This document shows positions 1 to 10,546 of a DNA stretch of 64,000 nt, piece by piece. The position numbers and the translations under genes are program-made. The DNA comes from a virus (taxonomy: Duplodnaviria > Caudoviricetes): the IMG/VR virus record IMGVR_UViG_3300023055_000005; one strand, 5' to 3'. Positions within the stretch are counted from its first letter, which is position 1. Every line of letters starts with the position of its first letter. Under the pieces are notes generated by a model, which searched no databases, had not been told where the DNA came from, and saw nothing but the letters and a program-made list of their open reading frames with translations.

Positions 1-204
1 GTAGTCGCGGTCCTTCTCCGGCTGGTTCTTCCAGAGCACCAGTGTGTACACCAGTGCACGGAAGTTGACCGGCTGGGGAGCGCTGTGCAGTTCGAGCTTG
101 TTGATCCGCATGATCGCCCGGTAGATGGTCGAGCCGCCCACCGGGAGATTGGCGACTACGAACATGCCGCGGTTGTTGTCGACGATGTTTTCTTCATCGG
201 CCAT
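1..204 (-). CDS. Hypothetical protein, 5' part (runs off the window start)
   Basis: Hand translation from ATG at 204 (minus) is open to base 1: MADEENIVDNNRGMFVVANLPVGGSTIYRAIMRINKLELH...; starts 3 nt after the stop of the 208-585 gene; same codon style. Confidence 0.7.
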   Translation of the reverse strand, partial: MADEENIVDNNRGMFVVANLPVGGSTIYRAIMRINKLELHSAPQPVNFRALVYTLVLWKNQPEKDRDY

Positions 205-207
205 GAC

Positions 208-585
208 TTAGGCTCCCGTCTGGAACCAGACCGCACCATCGGGCAGGTTGTTGATTTCCGCCTGGGTTGGTGCGTGGTCGGCCACGACGAACATGGTGAT
301 CTGCTCGGAGGTCGGACGACTACCGATGCCGGACTGGATCGCCTGCTGCATCTGGGCGTTCGTCGGACGCGAGGACAAGCCATCGGTCAAGGCCTGCTTG
401 GTAGCCAGATCCTTGGTCGCGTCGCTGATGGCGGTGTTGACAGCCTGCGTGCTCGGCTTGGAGCTCAGGCCCTCGGTGAGCGCCTGCGTGGTTGCGTAGC
501 CTTTCAGCTTGTCAACCACAGATGTCACGAAGTCTTCGATCGACTTCTTCAGTGCCTGCAAGAGGGCGGGGGTGCTGTCGCTCAT
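208..585 (-). CDS. Small tail-fibre-associated protein with short internal repeats
   Basis: 125 aa; repeats ATTQALTEGLSSKPS / ATKQALTDGLSSRPT / QAIQSGIGSRPT; C-terminal LPDGAVWFQ; co-oriented with the fibre cluster. Confidence 0.6.
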   Translation of the reverse strand: MSDSTPALLQALKKSIEDFVTSVVDKLKGYATTQALTEGLSSKPSTQAVNTAISDATKDLATKQALTDGLSSRPTNAQMQQAIQSGIGSRPTSEQITMFVVADHAPTQAEINNLPDGAVWFQTGA

Positions 586-594
586 GATTACCTC

Positions 595-3510
595 TTATTT
601 CCAGATGAGGGTGCCGGGTCTGCTGGGCAGTCCGCCACTGACGGGGATACCTTGGCCGCATGGTGCAATCGACAGTCTGCCACCACCGTAACCAATCACC
701 TTGTTCATCATCAGCCGCTCGATGGCTGAGCCGTTGGTAATGATCGTGCCGATGTGCATCCGCTGAGCGGTATCGGCATACTTGGTCTGGGTGATTTCAT
801 ATCCCGGACGAGGGACAGTGACCGCGTAGACGTGGAACGTCTTGTTTGCGGGGTTAGCGATGACGTCTGCCAAGTTGAACGAAGCTGGCTGGAGTTCATA
901 ATAACGTCCGCCCAGCACCAACGGTTCGACCTGATTGAACGAGACGGTCCACGCCGAGGCCATCTGTGCGCTGGCCAACACGATCCACTTGGTGCGATCT
1001 TGTTCGATTGCCCAGTTCTTCATCATCTCAGCATTACTGGCCACAGGGGCGAGCAGCGCCTTGGTAACAAAGTCAGCATCACCGTTGGTGTCAATCATCT
1101 CACACAGACCAACGCCAGCCAGCGCCACGATGCCACGCAGGTTGGGCGCGGAGTTGGAGCGACGTGCTGCCCAGTAGGTGCCATCGACCACCTTGCCATC
1201 GGAACGACGCAAGGCAAAGCGAGAATCGAAGATCGCCGCTGCGCCTGAGTTGTTGTGGCTGTTGGCCATGCGCAAACCGATCAGGTAAGTATCGGCCGTC
1301 TGGTAGGCTTGGAAATAAGCCGACCTGCGGGAGATGTCCTGCACACCGATGGTGTACGTGCTGGGTCCACCGGCTACTCGCACGCTACCAATCAGATCCT
1401 TCAGAGTCGGAGTGATAGCATTGAATCGAGCAGAGTTTAGCGTCCATGCATAGACCCACGTGCTGCCGTCCTCAAATACCACCGGGACGTTCAGGATGGG
1501 AGGCAGGTCCGCCATCTCAGTTGTGATGATCTCCAACGCCATGGAGCGAGGCACATTCGGAGCCATGGCTGCCACAACAGCCAGTCGCAGGTTCTCCAGC
1601 GGACCGGATGCGATGTTGATGGGGATGGATGCCGTCCCATCGGCCGCCAAACGCATCATACCGCCACCGCGCAGTCCGTTGGCTATCACGCCAAGGCTCG
1701 TGGTGACCGTGCCGTTGGTGGCCACTACGGAGGCGGGATAGATGGTGTCCTGATAATGGTCAACAACATCACTCACGAACATTCGACGCGTGCTCGGAGC
1801 AAAGCCGGTGTAGCTGCCATTGTAGAGCGACTTGTAGGTGAAGCCACTCGCCCCGATGGAGAACAGGGCGTGAGCGGCCGTACTCTGGCCATCGTTCCGA
1901 CGTCCGAAGCTGTGGACCAGCCAACCCGAGGGAATCGGAACAGGGGAGCTGTTGAACTGACCCAGTGCCGATGGTGCAGGCGGATAGGAGTTGTCGCCAG
2001 TTGCCCACTGCGTACGCGGGCAGGTCATCGGCAGGTAGCCATTGACCTTCGGGCTATTCGGACCAGCTGCAGACTTGCCGCGGTTGAAGCGGTTCGGACT
2101 GAACTGGTAGTAGCCGTCGGTGAACACGTAGACCGTGCCATCATCTGCCACCGTGAGCGATGCCTGCTGATCGCTGTCCCCGTAGCCGAGATACTCGCTG
2201 TTGGGCATGGTGTACGTCGGACCACTGACCGTAGCAGTATCGGCAATGTCACTGACGATAACCTTGGCCGGGGGATTGTCAGGCAACGACCCAGCACCAG
2301 CCTTCACTTCGAAGTGAGACGACGTCGGGGTCAACGTGAGCTCGTATTCGAAGTTGAACCGGTGAGTGAGGAAGCCGGAGAAGTTGGTGATGCTGGTACG
2401 CCGCACCCCTCGGAAGCATCCCTTCACCTTGCCCGAGACCGGGTCGTAGATCGAGAAGATCGAGGGACGATGATTGACACCCACGAACGGGCGCAACGTA
2501 TCGCGAGCACCGGGGCAGTGGAAGAACGGCTTGTCCGACACCACCCTGGAAGCGATGCACTCGGTGAGACGATGGATGTTGGCCGGCGTACCAGCGCGAG
2601 GCGTTTCGCCGTACAGATCCTTCGTCGTGCAGTTGGCGATGCGGATGGGCTCAACCAGCGCCTGATTGCCCGCGGAGAATGCGGCGATCGGGAAGAAGTG
2701 AACAGCGAAGTCCAGCTTCTGGTTCTGGTTGTCGCGCACGTCAGCCATCGTGAGGACGTAGACTCCCTCAGGCTTCAGGATGCACTCGCCACGATGCAGG
2801 TAGTCGCCAAACCACGTCGGGTCGATCAGGATGCCACGATGATTGGCTCCGAAGATCGAACCATCCATCAGCGAGATGAAGCACTCACCAAACTCGCCAG
2901 TGGCCAGGTTCTGCACCTTACCTGCGATCACACCAGCGCCGCCCTGGAACACGTAGGCGCTCGTCTTACCTGCCGGGAAGTACGGAGCCTTGTAGCGGTT
3001 GTTGGTGTAGATCATCGTGCCGCGTGCGGCCGTGGAGGCGTCTTCGCTGTAGCAGAGGAACGCGCCGATGTTACCGCCGTCCGTACCGTTGCGAATCAGA
3101 GCGACCGAACCATCCGGCTCCACGTTCATCACCGACCAGCGAATCTCCTGATAACGGAAGGCTGCTTCGAAAGCACCCGAGGTATCAATCGGGTACTCGT
3201 TCTGTCGACCGAAGCTGATCACCGGACATGCGTCCGCGGGCAGGGTCGTCTCCAGAGCCGACAGGAGCGTCGGCTTGTCGTAGGAACCCACCTGCGCGGC
3301 AGTGACACCGTGCGGGTTGTTGGTGCGCCCTGAGTGCGCCATGAAGCGTTCTACGAAGGCGTAGTACCAATCCGTGAAGACGTTGCCGCCAAGATTGGTA
3401 GTGTCATCCGAAGTGATCGCACCATTGGGTTTGAGCTTGGACTTTGCGATAGCGGATGCGAGGAAGGCATCCAGCTTCGCTCGCATTGCCGCCAATCCTT
3501 TCGTACTCAT
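595..3510 (-). CDS. Tail fibre/baseplate-associated structural protein, paralog 1
   Basis: 971 aa; N-terminal NNPHGVTAAQVGSY motif; C-terminal domain (KTFHVY..MHIGTIIT..GQGIPVSGGLP..W) shared with the next two genes. Confidence 0.7.
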   Translation of the reverse strand: MSTKGLAAMRAKLDAFLASAIAKSKLKPNGAITSDDTTNLGGNVFTDWYYAFVERFMAHSGRTNNPHGVTAAQVGSYDKPTLLSALETTLPADACPVISFGRQNEYPIDTSGAFEAAFRYQEIRWSVMNVEPDGSVALIRNGTDGGNIGAFLCYSEDASTAARGTMIYTNNRYKAPYFPAGKTSAYVFQGGAGVIAGKVQNLATGEFGECFISLMDGSIFGANHRGILIDPTWFGDYLHRGECILKPEGVYVLTMADVRDNQNQKLDFAVHFFPIAAFSAGNQALVEPIRIANCTTKDLYGETPRAGTPANIHRLTECIASRVVSDKPFFHCPGARDTLRPFVGVNHRPSIFSIYDPVSGKVKGCFRGVRRTSITNFSGFLTHRFNFEYELTLTPTSSHFEVKAGAGSLPDNPPAKVIVSDIADTATVSGPTYTMPNSEYLGYGDSDQQASLTVADDGTVYVFTDGYYQFSPNRFNRGKSAAGPNSPKVNGYLPMTCPRTQWATGDNSYPPAPSALGQFNSSPVPIPSGWLVHSFGRRNDGQSTAAHALFSIGASGFTYKSLYNGSYTGFAPSTRRMFVSDVVDHYQDTIYPASVVATNGTVTTSLGVIANGLRGGGMMRLAADGTASIPINIASGPLENLRLAVVAAMAPNVPRSMALEIITTEMADLPPILNVPVVFEDGSTWVYAWTLNSARFNAITPTLKDLIGSVRVAGGPSTYTIGVQDISRRSAYFQAYQTADTYLIGLRMANSHNNSGAAAIFDSRFALRRSDGKVVDGTYWAARRSNSAPNLRGIVALAGVGLCEMIDTNGDADFVTKALLAPVASNAEMMKNWAIEQDRTKWIVLASAQMASAWTVSFNQVEPLVLGGRYYELQPASFNLADVIANPANKTFHVYAVTVPRPGYEITQTKYADTAQRMHIGTIITNGSAIERLMMNKVIGYGGGRLSIAPCGQGIPVSGGLPSRPGTLIWK

Positions 3511-3525
3511 CTTTCACCTTTCTGT

Positions 3526-6459
3526 TTAGTGCCAGCTCAGCGGGACAATGTCACGCGGCGAACCAGCACTGGTGGGGATTGCCGAACCGATGGCAGTGGT
3601 CGAGGGACGGTAGTTACCCAGACGCGTCACCTTGACGATGTTCAACGAGGTGATGGACGTCGGACCCGTGACGATCGTGCCGATGAACATGTTGGCCGCC
3701 GACTCGGGGACTTCATCCAATTGGATCGAGTAGACCAACTGACCTGCGACCAGACGCACGTAGACGTAGAACGTCTTGTTGGCCGGATCGGCTACCAGAT
3801 CATTGAGGAACACGGTGACAGGTTCGAGCACGTACTTGCGCCCTGCCAGAATCACATCCGTCGGTTCAGTGAAGGACACATTCCACTGCGCAGGCTTCAG
3901 CATGGACAGCAGCACAATGTTGTCAGGCGAACGCGTCGTCAGGTCGTACAGCTCCTTCTCCGTGTCGCCTTCGAAGGTGTAGACGATCTTGGAGAACGAG
4001 TCGTAGCCGGAGTTGCAACGAGCCACGCACATGCCGACACCTGGGAACCACTGACGCTTGGCCATGCCGTTGCTGACATCGGAGATGCCGACAGAAACCT
4101 TCTCAAACTTGCGGGTTGCCTTGTTGAGCGCAAACCGCCACGTCGGATAGCCGGAGCTACCAGAACGCTGCACATGGCGACCGCCGTGTCCAGTGAGGAA
4201 CCAGTAGTTATCCGATTCGATATACGACATCGAACCAGCTCGCCGTTGCGTGGAGAGGTTCATGCTGAAGTTGGCGACGTTGTTGTCGAAGATGGTCTGG
4301 ATGATCGAGGCGTCATCCCACGTCACTCCAGTCACCGTACCGTTCTTGGTGTTCGGCTCGGCCAAGATAAACACCACACCGATGCGTGCACCAGGAGTCA
4401 GGTACATTGCCGACATTACCGCCGGGCCAGTCCTGGGGATCAGCCACTCGACAGTGAAGTCTGCTTCATTGCTCGTGAAGTCTGCGCTGAAGGCCGCTGT
4501 GATCTTAGCCTTCAGTGCTGCACGCAGCGTGTCGAAGTAGGCCGGGGTGATCGCCAGCGTGTGGGTGTACGTCAGGTCCGAAGCGATGCCGCGGTAGAGC
4601 AGTGTACGCTGACCGTGAATGAAACTGACCTGATCGGTGACCATGTAAGACTTGTCACTGATCTTGCACTCGTTCATGATCATGTAGGTCAGTTCGGACA
4701 GCCCCACGCGAACCTCACCCAGCTCCTGTCGATATGCCCTCGGGATCGAACCGGGCAGCGTACCGAAGTCCAGCGACTGGTAGGTGAAGGTGGTCTCAAA
4801 GCCGACGTCGCCGTAGGCCATGTGTTCCTGCCAACGGCCGGCGGCTGAGTTGCCTTCGCAGTGCACCATCACCTTGCCGTTGCCAACAAAGATGGGAGCG
4901 CCAAAGCGACGACCGAACGCCCCACCGAACTGAGGAGCGAAGGAAACACTGGAGGAGTAGGTGACAGGCGTGTCCAGCCCCAGATCAAGAATCTGCGAGA
5001 CCTTGGTAGAACCGGCGTACTTGCGACGAACCAACTGATGGCTGTAAGCGCCCCACCAGTTCATCTGGGACATCAGGTAGCTAGGCACACGCGTGCCGTT
5101 GGCCTGACGGTCGTAGACGAACAGATAGTCCGTGCCACGATCGCTTACACCGCTGCGACTACGGGCAGCCAGTTTGCCGGTGTAGGTGATATCAGGGCCA
5201 TTGACGGTGACAGTCATCGGTGCAGTGGGTGGATTCACCGTACCGAGCTGTTCGATGGCCGAGGCCTTCTTGTTGACGAAGTCAACCTTGACGCCCCATA
5301 CCCACACGTTCCACGTACCACGAGCAGCCTGACCGGGTGGGGTCCAGTTGAACTGCATCTGCTGTTCGAAGTTGGCGTGGTAGACACCATCCTCCATCGT
5401 CCCATGAATACCAGCGCGGGTATTGTGGGAACGAATCAACGTGATGCTCATCGAGGAACCGTCGGGCGTCTGCCAATGAATGAACGGCAACGTGCTCAGG
5501 TTCGAGCTGGTGCCCTGTTGAGTCATCTGCAGGACTTCCTGACCAGTACGAGTGACACCGTAGAGATCGGTGACTTCCCAACCGGTCTCTGCACGGATCT
5601 CAGACACATTGCCAGCACGCACCTGACTTTCAGCAACCGAGTAGACCGTGATGGACATACCCGTGTTGTTGTTTCCGCGAGGAGTCAGGAAGTAGATGCG
5701 ACCACCGTGGTAGACCATGTCCACACGGCTGCAATTGTAGGTGCCGCCTTCGTGCCACTCTGCCGGGATCTGAGCAAGCGGAACCAAGGAGCCGATGTGG
5801 GCAGCGTCATCCAGCGTACCGCCGGCCATTGCAAGGAAGACTGCAATCTCACCCGACGGCTTGGATGCCAGCCCGAAGATGACATCACGGGTGGAGCGGA
5901 ACAACATGATCGGTGCCCAGCCTGCCGAGGTCAGGAACGAAGGCATGTAGCGACGAGAGGTCGCACGAATGGCCAACGGGACAGCCTGGTTGAGCGGATC
6001 GAGCACGTAGGAGTAGTAGATGCCACGGGTGCCGCCATCCGTACCTGGACGCAGCATGACCAGCGTGCCATCGTCTTCGATGTTCAGTGCGAGGTGGAGA
6101 TTGTCCGTGGGCTGGATAGCGCCCTCGTAACTGCCGGACACACCAACAGGCAGGAAGTTCAACGAACCGTAGCGACTGATGGGGAGCACGCCACTGGGGA
6201 TGCGTCCACCCAACATGGTGTCCAGTTCCTCCTTGCTGTAGGTGTTCACCTGCTCGGGAGTTACCACATGGACGTTACTACGGTTGGCGATATGGGAGGT
6301 GCTGATCTCCCGGACGTAAGCGATGACCTGAGCCCGCGTACGACCCATCCACTTCAAGGCGTTATCGCCCTTTACGACGCGATTGGCCTTCGCTCGGAAC
6401 AACACGCCGAGTCGGTCAAAGAACTTGGTAATAGCCTGCTTGACGGGCGAAGTGTCCAT
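3526..6459 (-). CDS. Tail fibre/baseplate-associated structural protein, paralog 2
   Basis: Probable start MDTSPVKQ at 6459 (977 aa); the ORF-track extension to 6549 runs through an AT-rich spacer; same N-terminal motif and C-terminal domain (KTFYVY..MFIGTIVT..GSAIPTSAGSP..W). Confidence 0.7.
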   Translation of the reverse strand: MDTSPVKQAITKFFDRLGVLFRAKANRVVKGDNALKWMGRTRAQVIAYVREISTSHIANRSNVHVVTPEQVNTYSKEELDTMLGGRIPSGVLPISRYGSLNFLPVGVSGSYEGAIQPTDNLHLALNIEDDGTLVMLRPGTDGGTRGIYYSYVLDPLNQAVPLAIRATSRRYMPSFLTSAGWAPIMLFRSTRDVIFGLASKPSGEIAVFLAMAGGTLDDAAHIGSLVPLAQIPAEWHEGGTYNCSRVDMVYHGGRIYFLTPRGNNNTGMSITVYSVAESQVRAGNVSEIRAETGWEVTDLYGVTRTGQEVLQMTQQGTSSNLSTLPFIHWQTPDGSSMSITLIRSHNTRAGIHGTMEDGVYHANFEQQMQFNWTPPGQAARGTWNVWVWGVKVDFVNKKASAIEQLGTVNPPTAPMTVTVNGPDITYTGKLAARSRSGVSDRGTDYLFVYDRQANGTRVPSYLMSQMNWWGAYSHQLVRRKYAGSTKVSQILDLGLDTPVTYSSSVSFAPQFGGAFGRRFGAPIFVGNGKVMVHCEGNSAAGRWQEHMAYGDVGFETTFTYQSLDFGTLPGSIPRAYRQELGEVRVGLSELTYMIMNECKISDKSYMVTDQVSFIHGQRTLLYRGIASDLTYTHTLAITPAYFDTLRAALKAKITAAFSADFTSNEADFTVEWLIPRTGPAVMSAMYLTPGARIGVVFILAEPNTKNGTVTGVTWDDASIIQTIFDNNVANFSMNLSTQRRAGSMSYIESDNYWFLTGHGGRHVQRSGSSGYPTWRFALNKATRKFEKVSVGISDVSNGMAKRQWFPGVGMCVARCNSGYDSFSKIVYTFEGDTEKELYDLTTRSPDNIVLLSMLKPAQWNVSFTEPTDVILAGRKYVLEPVTVFLNDLVADPANKTFYVYVRLVAGQLVYSIQLDEVPESAANMFIGTIVTGPTSITSLNIVKVTRLGNYRPSTTAIGSAIPTSAGSPRDIVPLSWH

Positions 6460-6536
6460 GTTTTTACCTAGTTGCTGAAATAGAAAGATAAGGGCTCTCT
6501 GCCCGATGCATAGCATCAGACAGAGAGCGAGACTTA

Positions 6537-7265
6537 TCAGCGTATCCAAAGGCTACTGAGTGCGGTCGGGTCCATGGGCATGCCTTCAGTGCGAGGAATT
6601 GCACTGCCAGATGGAGTCTGGGATACGGTGAAGGTGTCCAGGCGCTGTCTCGCCGTCCCGAAGGAAGCGGTGATATTGCCGGAGTTGTCCGCCCGTACGG
6701 TAGCCATGTACATTCGGTTGAGTGATTCGCCGAGCTTTTCCGGGGTACAGACGTAGACGGGCGATCCTTCGCTCATCGAAACGTAGACGTTGACGTCCTT
6801 GCCTGCGTAGTCTGCCAGTGATCCGAAGATCTGACTCAGACGCAGGGTCGTCGCTCCGATGGAGAAGAAACGACCCAACATCAGAACCGACTGTGACCGG
6901 ATGGTGAACTGATCCCCAGAGTAAGGCCAGATCAACAACGTGGATGTTGCTGTCCCCAATCCCACTGCTGAGATAGGAAGAATGCCAGATGGGATCAACC
7001 CAGCCAGCAACGCATCAACCTCACCGATGCTGTAAGCTCCAATTGCCGCTGCCGTGTCACCGTGAGGATTGCTCCTGTTGGTAATGTGAGCATTCTGCGT
7101 GGCATCACTGTCCGTAGTGAGCTTTGCGAGAGTGGAGCCTTCCAGCGTGTCTGCGTTATCCGACGCAAAGGCGGCGGCCCTCTTGGCCGCCGCCAGCTTG
7201 TTGATAGCCGTTGGAATACGATCAATGGCGTCCTGCAGGTCTTGCAAGTCCTGTTCTCTACTCAT
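6537..7265 (-). CDS. Short tail/baseplate paralog 3 (N- and C-terminal domains only)
   Basis: 242 aa; SNPHGDTAAAIGAY..LIPSGILPIS joined directly to the shared C-terminal domain (VNVYV..MYMATV..GSAIPRTEGMP..W). Confidence 0.7.
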   Translation of the reverse strand: MSREQDLQDLQDAIDRIPTAINKLAAAKRAAAFASDNADTLEGSTLAKLTTDSDATQNAHITNRSNPHGDTAAAIGAYSIGEVDALLAGLIPSGILPISAVGLGTATSTLLIWPYSGDQFTIRSQSVLMLGRFFSIGATTLRLSQIFGSLADYAGKDVNVYVSMSEGSPVYVCTPEKLGESLNRMYMATVRADNSGNITASFGTARQRLDTFTVSQTPSGSAIPRTEGMPMDPTALSSLWIR

Positions 7266-7282
7266 CGTCGTATCCCCTTGGA

Positions 7283-10200
7283 TCAGCCCAGACCGGTTGC
7301 AGCGGTATCGAACGATTCGGTCAAGCTTGCGATCAGCAGGTCCATGTCGGCACTTGCAGAACCGAAGATCTTGACTTCCTCGAACGCGCCATCACCCAGG
7401 CCCGCAAACAGGCGACCGGTGATCTGGTTGTTGTACATGCGACCGGGCTTGATCAGCTCGTCTGCCGTCTGGTCCGAAGATGCCCAGCCCGAACCCGTCC
7501 ACTGCTGCACGGCACCAGTACGGCCATCGATGATGGTCGGACGCGAACCGGGGAGCGAGTCGTACAGGAAACGAGTGGGGTTGTTCAGACCCAGATAACC
7601 GATGCTGACCGGACCATCGAACACTGCCAGCTCCGGCAGGTCATCCAGCGAGAACGACAGCTGTGCAGCGGCCACGTAGTTCTTCAGGCGCGCATCGGTC
7701 GGCAGGATGGTAGCTGCGCCGGTCGAGTCGAGGATGAAGTCCGTGGTGCGTACGGTGAAGACCTTGCCAACGCGGGTGACACGGATACGGCAGCCACCCA
7801 ACTGGTAAGCCCACCCGGTGTTGCCGGTGATCTCGCCAGCGTTGACGCGACGGGTGTCGTTCTGCACGCCATCGCCCCACTTCAGCTTGTTGGTCGACTT
7901 GATCAACTTGCTGTCGCGCTGACCCAGGCAGTACTGAATACCCATCAGGGCCATCGGAGCGGTGGTGTTGCCAGCCGGAACGTGCTGCGTGGTCAGACCA
8001 GCAGCGAAGCCCAGCGAGCCACCCGGCGTACGGGTAACCGTGATGGTACGGACCACGCCACCGTCATCGAACGCACCGATCACCAGACCCACCAAGCCCT
8101 TGGTTGCCGAACGGCTGTCAACCAGCACTTCGAAATCGAAATCTTCGAAGGTCTCATTGGACAGCAGGCCGACTACGCGGGGACTGGTGCGGGAGTTCTC
8201 GGTACGACCGGTTGCGGTGTTGTAGGACCATGCAGCCTTGTCAGCCGCATCACCATCGGGCTCACCTTCGCTGTTGATGGACACGCGCCGGTAGGTGTTC
8301 ACCAGCTCGGTCGGATCGTCAGCATCGGTCTGCATCGAGGCCAGTTCGGAATCGTTCAGCACGATACCCAGACGACTCACCACACGGCTCAGCGAAGCGC
8401 CGGGGTTGCCGTTGTCTTCATCCGTGAAGAGCACCTGACCACGCTTGCCGGAGTAGAGAGCCACGTCCAGCTTCTTGCCCATGGCTGCATCGACTTCAGC
8501 GTAGGTGTAAGCACCCACCTGCCCGGCCGAGACTTCGTGCGGATTGTCCTTGCGGTTGGCATGACCATCCACGCCGCCGGAGATCAGCGGCATGACGTAC
8601 TGCTTGACGCGCAGCGGGGTCATGTACTTGACGTTGGAGGCACCGTCGATCGCTTCCTGTTCGGTTGCGATACCGTAGTTCAGAACGGCGCTGAGGCCAA
8701 CCTGAGCCTTGGTTACCTGATGCGGATTGTCCAGGTTGCTCAAGTGCGGACCGACCACATCGCTGTCGTAGGCAAACAGCGCCGTACGGAAGCCGAGCGG
8801 GGTGACGTACTTGTTGTTGACCGAGGTGACTTCCAGTCGACCAGCAGCCTGCATTTCCGCGGTGGTGGCGATGCCGTAGTTCTGCACCGAACCCAGGCCG
8901 ACCTGAGCAGCCGACACCTTGTGCGGGTTGTCGGTACGTGCCGCGAAGACGTCGAACACCGTCGCCTTGAAATCACCGACGACGCTCTTGACCAACAGGG
9001 GCGTCATGTAGCGCGTGTTCAACGTGCCATCGAGCGCTTCCTGCGTGTTGGCGATCGCATAGTTCTGGACAGAGCCCAGACCCACTTGTGCCTTGGTCAC
9101 TTCATGCGGGTTGTCCTTGCGACCGCTGTGCGCCGAGACCACGTCGGTCATCTGCGCGGCAATGGCCTGCTTGGTCCGCTGCGGCGTCATGTAGGCGGTG
9201 TTGATGTCGCCCGACTCAGCCTGCTGTTGCGTTGCGATCGGGTAATCCTGGACCGACCCCAGACCCACCTGTGCCTTACTGACACGATGCGGGTTGTCGT
9301 AGTTGGTCACGTGACCGCCGGTCAGTTCGCCGCTGATCTGGTTGACCATGTAGCGAACCAACAGAGGCGTCATGTAACGGTCATCACGCTGACCATCCAG
9401 AGCTTCCTGCTCGGTAGCGATCGGATAGTTCTGCACCAAGTTCAGGCCAACCTGCGCCTTGGTCACTTTGTGCGGATTGCCGAAGTCGTTGGCATGCGTG
9501 GTGAACAGATCACCCACCTGCTTCTTGATGGCCTGCTGCGTACGCTGCGGGGTCATGTAGCGGGTAGCCGACGTGCCATCCTCAGCCTCGCCTACCGTGG
9601 CGATGGCATAGTTGAGGACGTTGCCCAAGCCAACCTGCGCCTTGGTAACACCGTGCGGGTTCTGCTTGTCCTGGAGGTGCGCTTCCAAGCGCTGATCCAG
9701 AATGGCGTTGACGCGCAGCGTGACGCCTGCGGGAGTCATGTAGCGCTGATTGCTACCGCCGTTGCTGGCTTCGGTGTCAGTTGCGATCGGGTAGTCCAGC
9801 ACGTTGCCGAGGCCGACCTGGCCCTTGGTAACCTTGTGCGGGTTGTCTTCATCGTTGGCATGTTCGTCGAACAGAGTCCGCATGGTCGTGATGCGACCGT
9901 CCAGCTGCGAGATCTTGTTGTTGACGTGCGCGATGATGGCGTCTTCCACAGCACCGGAACCGGTCAGGATCGCAGTGACCATGTTCTCCAGAACGGGGAT
10001 CAGGTACTCGAAACCGTAGAGGTCGCCGATATCGTGGAAGTGGTCCGAAGGCGCGAAGGTATCGGGCAAGCCGATGATCTCGCCCCAATGCACCGGACGG
10101 TTGTCGATGTTCAGGTTCTTGATGGCGTCTTCCAGCGCACCAGCCGAAACACTGAACTCACCGCCCACGACCTGATAGAAGATCTCAATGTCGGAGGGGA

Positions 10201-10489
10201 CGAGGGTGTCGGTGATGACGATGGCGCAGCAGACTTCCAAACCCGTAGCGAACGATGCATCCTGGTAGAACTCGGTGCACACGTACTGCGTTTTCGGATC
10301 CAGCACCTTGCCGGTGGATTTGACGCGGACCTTCAGCCCTTCCGTGTAGAAGGCGCCGTATTTCGGAACGATAACACGATTCTTCCGGCTCGCCGTCGTC
10401 GCACCAATTGCGTGCGGCTCCGCCTGAACCAGATTGTTCGTGCTCCGCCCGGTCAGGTCCAGGGGATAACGAATGATAAGCGAGGGCAT
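7283..10489 (-). CDS. Long tail fibre protein (phiKZ gp146-like) with NPH repeats
   Basis: 1068 aa; eight NPHxVT/SxxQVG units; N-terminal IIRYPLDLTG..NLVQAEPH head typical of phiKZ-like fibres. Confidence 0.75.
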   Translation of the reverse strand: MPSLIIRYPLDLTGRSTNNLVQAEPHAIGATTASRKNRVIVPKYGAFYTEGLKVRVKSTGKVLDPKTQYVCTEFYQDASFATGLEVCCAIVITDTLVPSDIEIFYQVVGGEFSVSAGALEDAIKNLNIDNRPVHWGEIIGLPDTFAPSDHFHDIGDLYGFEYLIPVLENMVTAILTGSGAVEDAIIAHVNNKISQLDGRITTMRTLFDEHANDEDNPHKVTKGQVGLGNVLDYPIATDTEASNGGSNQRYMTPAGVTLRVNAILDQRLEAHLQDKQNPHGVTKAQVGLGNVLNYAIATVGEAEDGTSATRYMTPQRTQQAIKKQVGDLFTTHANDFGNPHKVTKAQVGLNLVQNYPIATEQEALDGQRDDRYMTPLLVRYMVNQISGELTGGHVTNYDNPHRVSKAQVGLGSVQDYPIATQQQAESGDINTAYMTPQRTKQAIAAQMTDVVSAHSGRKDNPHEVTKAQVGLGSVQNYAIANTQEALDGTLNTRYMTPLLVKSVVGDFKATVFDVFAARTDNPHKVSAAQVGLGSVQNYGIATTAEMQAAGRLEVTSVNNKYVTPLGFRTALFAYDSDVVGPHLSNLDNPHQVTKAQVGLSAVLNYGIATEQEAIDGASNVKYMTPLRVKQYVMPLISGGVDGHANRKDNPHEVSAGQVGAYTYAEVDAAMGKKLDVALYSGKRGQVLFTDEDNGNPGASLSRVVSRLGIVLNDSELASMQTDADDPTELVNTYRRVSINSEGEPDGDAADKAAWSYNTATGRTENSRTSPRVVGLLSNETFEDFDFEVLVDSRSATKGLVGLVIGAFDDGGVVRTITVTRTPGGSLGFAAGLTTQHVPAGNTTAPMALMGIQYCLGQRDSKLIKSTNKLKWGDGVQNDTRRVNAGEITGNTGWAYQLGGCRIRVTRVGKVFTVRTTDFILDSTGAATILPTDARLKNYVAAAQLSFSLDDLPELAVFDGPVSIGYLGLNNPTRFLYDSLPGSRPTIIDGRTGAVQQWTGSGWASSDQTADELIKPGRMYNNQITGRLFAGLGDGAFEEVKIFGSASADMDLLIASLTESFDTAATGLG
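8490..9870 (-). repeat. Coding tandem repeat, ~65-aa NPH units in the gp146-like fibre
   Basis: Eight units of H-x5-NPHxVTKAQVGLGxVxNYxIATxxEAxxG...YMTP at ~195-220-nt period. Confidence 0.85.
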
Positions 10490-10546
10490 GATGACTCCGT
10501 GAAAGCTTGGCGGGAGGGTTACTCCCGCCTAACCGGATGAAAGAAC

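Noticed and set aside
7211-10540. 1109-aa + strand ORF, and the many other long antisense ORFs (1756-3333, 3334-4848, 4861-6471, 10967-12847, 19975-22500, 35879-38968, 43156-45894, 52947-54599, 54722-57223, 58145-59911, 62740-63987)
   Set aside because: Shadow ORFs opposite real genes. The strong C/G third-position bias removes stops from the antisense frame, and the translations have no recognisable motifs or RBS.
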